DNA of 64,000 nucleotides from Phoronis australis (taxonomy: Eukaryota > Animalia > Phoronida). The notes under the pieces were generated by a model, which saw only the letters and a list, made by a program, of their open reading frames with translations, was not told the DNA's origin and made no database searches. The stretch's first letter is position 1. The number at the start of each line of letters is the position of its first letter. The stretch is taken from contig NMRA01000376.1 of the NCBI GenBank assembly GCA_002633005.1, positions 217,564 to 281,563 of the forward strand, written 5' to 3'. Of this stretch, positions 53,291-64,000 are shown in pieces. A program made the position numbers and the translations under genes.

Positions 53291-56083
53291 TGTGTCAGAG
53301 ATATAATGTTCGAATTTAGCCAGATTTGGACATTTTGTATGGCCCTACATAACCTAAGGATGCATTCATGCCTAGTCCATGATTAAAAACAAGTAAATTG
53401 CTTTTGTTGAGAGCTGGAATATGCAGTCCTGCACTTGGACAATCTGTCAAATTGTTATTTGTCTCTGACCCAAAGCACTGCATTTCTTTCAACGCTATCT
53501 TCATAAAGACACTACAACTGATGTCTAGGAAATTATTTCACATGTGTACTTGGCAGTCGGAGCCATTAAAGCTCAGCTCTCTGTCCTGTTAACTGTCTAC
53601 AGATTGCTGAAAAAATGTTTTAATGTTTTGTTGGTAAAAGTGATAACATCTACACCACTAAGATAGTGATTAATGTCTATCAACACCTCTATCTAGTTAT
53701 TTTACCTGGTTGGAGCCGTGCAAATTGCTCACAGGTTATGGTTCACTTGCTATAAGACGGTGTTGTCAGATTTCAGTCTACACTAGCTTAATCATGCTTT
53801 TATAACTGTATTCCCTGTTGCCGATCTAATTTCTTATGCTTTTCAACCGGGCATAATTACAAGCGTATCACATTAAGATTCATTTTTGTGTAGCAAAGTT
53901 AAAAGTCTCGTTCAGTGAAAGGTGTAAACAGAGATCTTCCATTTTGTACCTTTTATGAGACATTCACCTCAACATCTTACATTCAATAAACATGCCAGGA
54001 TACAGCAAGTGTAACAACAGTAAGTTGTTGTGATAAACAGAAGGTATGAACCCCAGTGCCTCAATGTCTGCAGTTTAATATATCATATGATAATTCTTCA
54101 CTTATTTTGCACAAAAAAAAATTGCCAAAATTGTCATTTTTCAATTTTTCAAAGGTCAATTACTTCGTCACAAGTAAAAGAAAAAATTTGTTTCGTGATG
54201 ACATGTACACAGTACAAACCAAGCAGAAATGAACTACAAATTTCTTGATCTTCATTTTTGTTGAGAAAGTTGAGAAAATATAATTTCACTAGTCCACAAT
54301 ATTGTGTGCTAGATAGGTGAAGAATTACTTTAGTTTCAAGAGCGTAGTGTATAACTTGCGACTTCTGACATTCACCAAACATTGCTATCGATTGCCACAG
54401 AGTCTCTTGCAGGGTATGGTTAAACTGCATTTCAGCCTGTTTTGTTGTCTAGAAATGAAAATTGAATTAGACCTTTTATTCTCATCAAGTCGGTATGATA
54501 ATTTTCCTTACCGCGGTCGAGTTCCATTTCTTTCCGTTGCCTCAATTGGAAAATGGCTGTCGTAACCTATGAGATTGTTGATATGACCATGTCTAAAAAA
54601 ACATGCATTAATTATATGCAGGGCTGTGTACTTTTTGTTATAGGCGTCTTTTCAATATTTTAATAGGGGTCAATTTTTGGAATGGGGGAACCAAGTACAG
54701 AATTTTTAAGTACAACCTTAGCTAACTTGATTTCAATCTCTATTGTTTTTTCCTGTTTTGTGTGAAGAATGCTCAATTTTACAGGACCTGTAATTACCTA
54801 GTAGTTCAAATATTCGAGTTTATTGCTAACGCATCATATGTCAAACCAATCTATGGCTAGGACCAACAATGAAAAACCACATCATGTATTCACCTGCTGC
54901 AAATTGTGCTTTGACAAATAGTTCAAATCTATACAAGTGGTTACAGTAGTCTGAATTTTTTGACAATCTTTAATTTTCGTGCTCTCATGTACCTTCTCCG
55001 GTGAGTGCTTGCACAACAATGGAGGTGACGTTTCTTTGGGTGTCATTTGCATAAGGATGATGGATTAATTTGAACTTGCCCAGCTCCTCTTGATTCATGT
55101 AAGCACTTGTTCAATGAGTGTTTACAAGTTTTCTTCGCATATTTTCTTTGATCATTGGTCATATGCTAATCGACATAATATTTTATGTAAATATGATTAT
55201 GTGTTAACATGGTTATTCGTAAAAAATATAAAGACGACCAGTCGAATGGAACAGGCCCCGAGTCACTCCCACTCCTTAGAAGCCTCATGTAGCATTGTCC
55301 AATCACCCATGAAGTGCACTACGACGGTCGGCATTTGGGAATATGTTAGTAATGATGTCTATTTTCTTGGGTAGTATTAAAATTAAGTAAACCACATCAT
55401 GTATAATTTTACCAAAATTAATGTGAGGACACAAGTGAGAATTTTAATTTTTAGTTGAAGGTTATTAATTGCTTTCATTTATTACGATGAATATTTTTGG
55501 GAAAGCTGCTTCCCCCCTGCATTTCCCATTTCTTTGCAGAACTCTAAGGACAGGTTCCCACACAAAAATTTGCAAAATGTCATGAAATAGCCCACAAACA
55601 GCAAAGGAAATCATTTGGTTGTACTTGTTTAAGTTTGCTTTAGCAAACAAGGTATACTCTTAATTCTTCACCGATGTGATGTCAAAACTAGTGATGTATC
55701 GTCTGACTTTTGGCCAAAACAACTACCTTTCCATGGTAACGTAACAGTTGGTCACATGATATTTGTGAGGTCATAGTGTTATAAATATGAAATCAAATGC
55801 TAATTGTTTACAGTTCACAAGTTCAATAATTAGCCGTTTTTTTGGTTTTGGTACTTGAACATACAGAGTTACATATGTTCTGTGACAAGTAAAACAATGT
55901 AGAGAAATGGGTACAAAATAAGCAGATTGTAGTCATTGGTGATTTTTAAAAGGCATGATGTTCAAGAATAATGAGTATCCATGCAATGATGAGTTGCCAT
56001 AAGTTCACCAAAGGCTTCAAATAGCCGTGTCTTTGTTTCTTTAAATTTGACATCACCACTTTTCATGTTTAGCGTCCCCCACT

Positions 56084-56368
56084 TCCTGGGGGTGCTCAAC
56101 CATACTTTTGACGGGGTCTGCTGTACCCACCCATTTAGGGAGTGGAGTTGTAAAAGGGAGCCAGCTGTGGGCAAAAAGTCACCCTTTTGTATTGTTTCAT
56201 AAACACCATCTCTGTGTAGGGTAAATTTTGTAAACCAAAACTTAACCTTTTGTTAAGTTCTGAACTCCCTTTTTACGGTATTAAATTGGAAGGGTCATGA
56301 AAAAGTCACCCATGTGAGTGGCATGTCCTGCGTACTTCTTTTTTGGACCGCGAATGTCCCCCTCTGGG
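56084..56368. mobile_element. Decayed MITE-like element
   Basis: Degenerate inverted ends CCTGGGGGTGCTC ... ATGTCCCCCTCTGGG; internal repeat AAAAAGTCACCC occurs twice. Confidence 0.4.
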
Positions 56369-59300
56369 CCTGCTTCATATCAAGTGTCCATTTGCATGTA
56401 TGTTTTAGCTACCAAAAGTCATGAAGAGCACCTGAGGGAGGTGTCTTCCATGTAATATATTAGGAGAGGGGTTGTGTGGCATTCAAACTACATCCCAATG
56501 GAATACCGGGACAATGGGTAAAAATGGATAGACCTACCTGAGACAATTTAAGGATGAAAGCTATGTGCGACAATACCACTTTTACCAACCTCACAACACA
56601 TACCACAAAGCGAAAATTTGCAGCTAGCCGGTTAGCAGCATGTCTAACCCTTCTTTTCAAATCCGGCCACTCATATCTGATTAGGTTTTGTTTTAAGTGA
56701 TAAGTGCAAACTGTTATTTAAAAATTCAAGCTGAATTGAATCTTCTCGGTTGTTCAAACATAAGTGTTGCTTAATTCGTCATTGTTTTGAAAACATATCC
56801 AGGATACATGGGCAAAGCTTATCCTGGTCAACTGAAGTTTAATGGCTTAATTAAATCATGTTGTTCTTAAGACAATGATACTTTGTTTTGCATTACTCCA
56901 AAATCACCAGCTGGTTAGTTTTTCCTAGTCAGTGTCGACGTGTTTGTTGTTATTGCATCAGTCCTGTCACAGACTTGTGTTATAACTGTAAAACATGGTA
57001 CTGAAGAGTAAAGAACCATGTTTTGTAAGCCAGCATCTTGTTTTGAAAGGATCAGGTGTTCTGCTGTAATTAAAGTGTTCCCCATGTCTAAATGGTTCTG
57101 GCACAAGCTCTTGCATGACAAGTGTGTTAAAAGGTAAGTCAGATTGTGTAATTGATATTAAAGAATGTCTCAAGAATGCTGCTGGTGCCAAGCAGAGAGA
57201 GCCATGGTGGTGGCAGTCAAGTATTGTGTAACTGTGGTCAGAAATCCCCCTNTTTGGGCTCTTCTGTGATTAGTCACATGGGTGTGCTTTCTTCCAAATG
57301 GTTACAGAGCTGTTGGTTGCATAATTAGAAATCCAAACCTTTGCAATACCTGGGCAATAACAGTGGGCAATACCTGGGCAGTTGGGAGTAAGGGACGCCT
57401 GAGACCAAGAACTACCCATTGTTGTCTGTTTTCCTCTGTTCCCTTTGGCTTCGTGCCCTTTCGTGATTGAAAGTTCTTAATTGTCCCTTGCTAATTTGAG
57501 ATTAGGCCAAAAAAACCATAGCTGGTTCTGGTCTGGGTTTTTTGAAAATCGGTGGTGTATTTTTACTTACTTTTCAAAGAATGAAAATCCTCAGGAAAAA
57601 TAATGCGGGATCTGTTTTTTTTATTTTTATGCATCACTTGGCAAATCATGGGGTTGCTTTCCCTTGCTGATGTGCCATTGCAAAGCTTTTCAAAAAAATC
57701 ATACCTTGGCCGATATCGATGCAGTGAATGCAAATCAGAAAATGAGTTGTGGTAGACCAGAACCAAATGGGTTTTTTGGCTAACATTGTGGCAGTGTTGA
57801 ACTAAACAACTTGGAGTAATCCCAGCTTCTGTATGAATGTTGAACAAGTGCTGGAAATTAAACTGATTTTTGTACTTTCTTGTTAAGTGTTTTATTGATG
57901 CATTTATTGTTCCAGTTTCAGATGGCAGGATTTATACTCACTCTTACAGTTGAGACGGCTAGGCCTGCCTCTCCATCTTCGGTGTAAGGTAGCTGTAGCT
58001 TCATTATCTGAGAAAACTATTTTGGGATGACATAAGGAAACACCAGAGTGTAAATATTCTGTCTGGAATCAGGTGCAATTAGACCTCTTTTCTTGTTCCT
58101 TGCAGACCATTATGTGTAACTATCAGTTACTTCTGATGGCTGAGATAAAGTGAACTACAAACTCAATTAGGCAGTGGTATGTGGTCCTGTTTTCTACCAA
58201 TTTCTCATGCTTGTTTGCAGGCATGCAGCTTTGGTGATCAACGGAATTGAATGTGTAAGAAAACTGGATAGGCTGAATGACTTTATGGAATGGTGTGGTT
58301 GCTGGACTATTCATTGAAACAGCAATTAGAGTCTGGTCACATAAATTTGGGCTTGGTAGCCAGAGGCATTTACATACAACATTGCTTACAAGTGAATCCA
58401 TTTCCAATAATTTGCACTGATGCTTACAACTGACCATATTAGTGGACTATGAGAAGATCAGGTAAAGATTCTTAATAATTGGTTTGTAGTAAAGTGTACA
58501 ATACAATACCAATTTCTCTGTTGGATACTAGCCATAAATTACCATCATTCCTGTGTTTGGTACATATCCATTTCCACTTTCCCCAGGGGACATGTCTTGG
58601 AGAAGTGACACCTGTTCAGGCTGACCTTGCTCTGCATCACTTCACTTCTCATTAATGGCGATCAGCACCCAGCCCAGGGGGTATTACCAGAATTTGCAAA
58701 AACCAATTTAAGTTATGTCATGTCCAAGTTAACTAATGTTTATGTTTAACTTACTTATAAACATGAACTAAGCACTTGCTGCAGAAATGACCTGCTGGTT
58801 TGCCCACACTTCAGGAGACAGTGTTTCCTGCTAGTTCCATAATTCTATGACTTGTTATTGTTTAATTTCTTAATTCCAGAAACTTTTATTGTACCAAGGC
58901 AGCATTGCTTGTGTAAGTTTTGGTACAAAACTTTAAAAAATATTTTAATTATGCAAAACTGATCCAAACCAGAAGTGTTGTTGAAATCTGTTACATCACT
59001 TAAGTGCCAGAGAAACTTTGGAATCTCCATTGTAAGCCAACCCCAGCCCAACAGAGAGCTGCCAAGTCAACTTGGAACATGTGTCATACTCACTTGAAAT
59101 GACCATCATTATAGAAGATGTATCATGTCTTTAATGATAGGATTCTGTTCACCATTGTTATATCCTAGACACAAAATGATGTCCATCTATTGGCAGTTGT
59201 CATCAACAACACAAACAGTAAATTCCCTTGCTTTCATTCTCATGCCTAAGAGGCATTCCCCAGACAGCCTTTCCATTGAGGAGAAAATAATAAACAAACA

Positions 59301-60917
59301 GTGTCCTCTCTATAAAAGCACAGTGGATTGATATTGACCACAGGCATTGCATCACAATTGCACAGTGGCAAATGGTTTGAGTTGTAATTTGATATCACAT
59401 TTGCTGAAGGGATAAACTACAGATGTTATATTATCTCTCTGTCACTGCTTCAAATCCTATCTGCTAAATGTCTTTACTTTTTGAAAATGAACCTATGTTA
59501 TTACAAACCATTTGCAGAGATGTACTTATAATGTAACTCCTGGTTGGTTGCCTTTCAAAGTAAAACCCTGGGTATGTTCGTTCCACTTTGCTAATTTGAC
59601 CAGTTACCCCTCTTAGATAATCAAGACTGTGTCATCCATCTTCATTATAGCCCTCCTTGGGGCAAGTGTCCATTTAACTTGCTGGGGCTAATTATTGACC
59701 CATTTGAAGTGGACTCTTCAGCTATTTTAATCTATTCAAAGACATTCAGGTACGCCCATTCATGAAAAACTATCAAGTCTTTCTTCTGCTGTTAGTCCTG
59801 AAATTCAATTTACGGTTAAAATCTTTGCAAAAAATTTTGGAATTTTGGTGTAATTTGCATTGGCTTTGAAGTTAGAAATTGTTTGAAAATATATAAATTT
59901 ATGCAGTTGCACAGTCACCAACATTTTATTGTTCGAGCAGAACCCCCTGTGTTTTTACTGAAGATCCAGAAATAAATTTTCTTGGAAATAATGCAAAAAT
60001 TTGTATTAGGAAATGTCTTGCTTATCACATATTTTTGTGTTCGATCTGAAGTTGAAAGTTTAGCATTATAATCGGGTAGTTTAGATGATAGACCAAGTTT
60101 TTTTAATAAACCTGTTTGGTGGAGATCCTTGAGAAATGCCGGTAGAAAGTATACCTTGTCACGTTTTGGTTTGAGGGTGTGCATACCTACCTATAGTGTT
60201 TATTTTATGTCTTTACCTTAAACTAAATTTATTATGACAAGCTGAAAATTGTCTTTCTTATTACAGATGAGATGAAACGAAGGACGTGTACAACTGAGAA
60301 GCTCATGTCTTGTAAGCATCGTGTCATGTTTGTTATCATGATTTGATAATGAAAATACTGATAATACTTGCATAATGCTGTAATCATTTCAAGAAACATG
60401 TTTTGACACTCAGTAAATATTGCATTATATTCACTGTAGTTCCATTTGCAGTACTGTTGCATTAGGCTCTGCTGCTTTGCTGAATGTTTGCTTGAGGATC
60501 AATACCATTTGCAATGACTCGCTAATCTCATGTACAAGGGATTGATGTGGCAAATCACTGATCTCTTATTCTTTGATAAAGAGGGTGCCAAAAGTGAAGG
60601 AAGAGGATGGAACTACTATTATCAAGCTGTTTTGTTATTTGTATTGTAAATATGACTGGTTTAAAATGTTTTGCACCCTGTCAGAGAGTTCGCCTTACTC
60701 TTCCAAACACTAGGGTCCATAGGAAATGCGTTATGAATTCCTCGAGGACTATTTGTTCATGTAGGGTCCAAGGAAACACCCCACAAATTGTTACACTAGC
60801 ACAGAGTGATGCATAATGCCTACTGGATAAATGAAAAGTTCATTGATCCAGGTAGAGATTGTTGATCATCTTTAGTTTTGTCACTAAATAATTTCATAAG
60901 GTTGGTAGAGTACGCAT

Positions 60918-62210
60918 AGATTAATTAATTCTTATTTACACAGCCAAGCAAAACGTTGTACCTTGACAGTTTCGGCTACTCACAGCAGCCATCTTCAGAA
61001 GTTATAGCTATTGGACACTAGGTGGTGTGGTGATGAGACTACTCCAAATTTTAGATAACTTATACCCCTCATCCTCCCTGTTCATAAGTGAACCACTTTT
61101 TCTGACCCAAGCAGAATCTGGATCTTGAGTTATTTTCCCACTCAAGAGGATGGGCATCTTTCAATTAATAACATGGGCATGATCAGTCACTGCAGATTTC
61201 TTAATAGTATTCTGAGACCATCTCCTCTCTGGACGTGTGACTCTACGCTGAGATAGTTCATCCATCTCCTTTTTTTTTGTGTTCGTTAACCTGACTGAAA
61301 GCTCTCGTCCAGTCTCCCCGATGTATACAGACTCACAGTTGAGGCACGGAACGCGATAAATACATTGACATTTCTTATCCTCACTTATTCTGTTTTTGGG
61401 ATTAACTAAAACGTTCATGATAGTTTCACAAGGCTTCATGGTAGTGACTAGGCCATATTGTCAGAACTCACGTTGTGCAGTTTCCGAAAGATCTTTACGT
61501 ACAGGATGACGACATTGCCTTTTCTCTCCTCTTCCGGTTGACGATTCCTCCCGATAAAATCCACATTCGATAGCGTCTGCTTTACCTTGTTGATGGACCA
61601 CTTGGGATAACCACATTTAACTAGCGCATCTTCTATGTTTTTCTTATGCAGCCCTATCTTTATCATGTGTTATTTAACTTCTAGAGCATGCAAACGATGT
61701 TCTAATAACTCCAGACTTGTGGTGCAGAGGATGGTGTGAGTTAAAGTGGAGGTATTGGTCTGTGTGTGTAGGTTTGCAGAATACTGACCAACAGTCTGAG
61801 GCTACCATCGTCCTTCCTAATAATGAGAGTGTCTAAAAATAGAATCTTGCCCTCCTGCTCTGCTTCATAGGTAAACTTGATGTTACCAGAGGGAACCACT
61901 TTGTTCTTGAAAATGATCAGTTAAATCATCAACTTGTCCCCGTTTCACAATTTCTAAAACATCGTCCACATAACATTTCCATAGAGACGGTTTACACTCC
62001 AACGGGGCTGCGGCGATGGCCTGGTTCTCAAGAAATTCCATATAAATGTTAGCAACCACTGGGGACACTGGGCTGCCCATCGCAGCACCAAACTTTTGTC
62101 TGTAGATTTTTCCTTGAAATGTGAAATACGTGGTAGTTTAGACGTGTTCTGAGTAGCCGAATCTGTCAAGGTACAACGTTTTGCTTGGTTATGTAAATAA
62201 GAATAAATCT
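60918..62210 (-). mobile_element. Penelope-like retroelement, 5'-truncated and frameshifted (reverse transcriptase + GIY-YIG endonuclease), with inverted partial pLTR
   Basis: RT motifs TYFTFQGKIYRQKFGAAMGSPVSPVVANIYME, YVDD and KPTHTDQYLHFNSHHP; GIY-YIG motif CIYRVPCLNCESVYIGETGR; C-terminal MNREDEGY. 60918-60982 and 62150-62210 are inverted copies. Confidence 0.95.
60959..61004 (-). ncRNA. Minimal hammerhead ribozyme motif in the Penelope pLTR
   Basis: Minus strand UAACUU-CUGAAGA-U-GGCUGCU(GUG)AGUAGCC-GAAA-CUG-UC/AAGGUA: conserved CUGANGA and GAAA core, 7-bp stem II, stem I with one mismatch, vestigial stem III, GUC cleavage triplet. Confidence 0.75.
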
Positions 62211-64000
62211 AGTATGTCTTTAGTTTTATGTTGTGCAACTTATGAAAAATTTGTGATCTTAGTGAGGCGCCTGTGAAGACTATATTTGTCCTTAGCTAGG
62301 TTGCGTCAAATGATGGAAAACTGTAGCTTTAGCAAACATTATAGTGGCAGAATTTTGTAATTCGAATGGGTAAGGTTGGAAAGTCCTGAGTAAACAGGTG
62401 GATTTAAGAGTTGGCACATCACAACAGAGGAAACGCTCAGCTTCGGTGTCTATCAATAGGGTGTCACTGGTGTGACAATGGTGAAGGTCGTATCAGGCTA
62501 CCTTCCAAAAACTTCGATGACTATAGCATCAATCGATAACTCTGATGTCTCTGCCAAAGCTAATAGGAAAATTTTGCAGTTTACGTTGTCACTTCGATAG
62601 TACTAGATTTAACTTGATATTAACAGTACGTAGGATTGTGATTGACCATTGTTCTGTGACAAGGAACAAAAGATCTGTCACAGCTAGTTGTGAATAGTTT
62701 TGAAATTTGTCTTGCATGGGTTTGCATTGCGATATTCACTGTCCTTTATCAAGTACTGTGAGGCAGGGGTTAGTCCAACTGGGGAGGTGAGTACTTACGT
62801 ACTTCCAGTATTGATTGTTTTATTTGCAGTTTGATAAGGATATAAGAATTTTTAGCATTTTTGTAATGGGTATTTTATTTTGAAACTATTGGTATGAAGG
62901 TAAGTTCTATTTTTTAACCGAAGTATTGTTCTTGTTCAAATGGGACCTTGGTGAACAAACTAAGCATTGATATGGGTGCTCTTCTGATGTGTGAAGACAC
63001 ACTCCCACCCATTTTGTCTGTTGGAACAAAACCAACACGAGACTGGAAGAACTCTGAAGTTGTGGTAATGCATAAAATTTGAAAATGCAATGCTTTTGGG
63101 AGGTGTTCTACTCTACTTACTTGGGTTAAAGCCCTGGGCACTTAAATTGCCGACTTCAAAAATCAGAGGCTGTGGGCATTTGATTACAAATATTTTCATT
63201 TAGTGCCAACTCCAGGTGACAGCAGTTAGATATCTATCTAGTCCCTTGTCAATGTTCCATCAGTAATTTGTCAGCTTCATAGACTTATTAAAACCTTAAG
63301 GAAATGCCTATGGATTTATTAAGGTAAACACATCCCTGCTTGAGACAGTTGCCAACAAATAGCACCGCTTTGGCAAATTTTTGTTGTTAGTATTATTGGG
63401 GGGGGGGGGGGTTATTGGCTTGGTATGGTCACCAGTGTTCATGACACTCTCATTACTTCAACAAATCTATTGACAAAGTAAATTAAGGTGTTCTGAAGCT
63501 TCTACCTTAAAAACTATGCTTTGAGAAGTCGGTGGAAACTTACAAGGGTCATTTAAGGAAAATGTGTGCATGGGTCTATTAACTCACTGATTCAAATCTG
63601 TAGACCAGATCCTTCCTGTGGAAAGTGTTTTCTCTTTTCCAATTGCGTTCACAATGACATGGATGCTTTCATAGAATTCTCAATCAAGTAATTTCAATTG
63701 GTCCTTGGCATTAAGCCAAGCATTTGCACTCAAAGTTATAATTTCTTTGCGTCTTGGTAGTAAACCAAACATCGCCATTAAGTTGGACGGTAAGGTTGTT
63801 TTGTTTGACTATTTATTTTTCAGCTAGTGAGGAAGAAAATGTTTACTGCTCGATGTCCTGGTTTTTTCAAGTCGTTAAAACACTAAAATTTAGTTAGCTA
63901 CACAGTCATATTCAGGATTTGTAACAGTGACCTCCTGATTTTTATCTACTTGCTTGAATGGCAAGGTGATTATTTTGTTTAAATATTAGTAAGACACACT

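Noticed and set aside
56410-56450. TKSHEEHLREV, reminiscent of a Gypsy RT segment
   Set aside because: Too short; no flanking RT motifs in any frame I could read.

Overview
Eukaryotic (metazoan) genomic DNA, AT-rich, with one assembly gap (14506-14612). It resembles a marine invertebrate genome, but the species cannot be determined from sequence alone. The main feature is a 7-exon Iroquois (Irx, TALE-class homeobox) gene on the minus strand. Its CDS runs 28875->18262 (about 458 aa) and carries the N-terminal MSYP and Cys-rich motifs, the homeodomain and the IRO box; all exon phases are mutually compatible, but the last exon is less certain. The gene sits in a CpG-rich, otherwise gene-empty landscape (1-46 kb). 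At about 46.3 kb the sequence switches abruptly to CpG-depleted DNA, just after a candidate plus-strand promoter and first exon, suggesting the methylated body of a divergent, unidentified gene. The window also holds several MITE/non-autonomous DNA transposon families and a decayed Penelope-like retroelement with an inverted pLTR and a minimal hammerhead ribozyme. Most interesting observation: the predicted Irx stop codon is followed 10 nt later by a multi-stem RNA structure, and the same frame stays open for 97 further codons, making it a stop-codon readthrough candidate.
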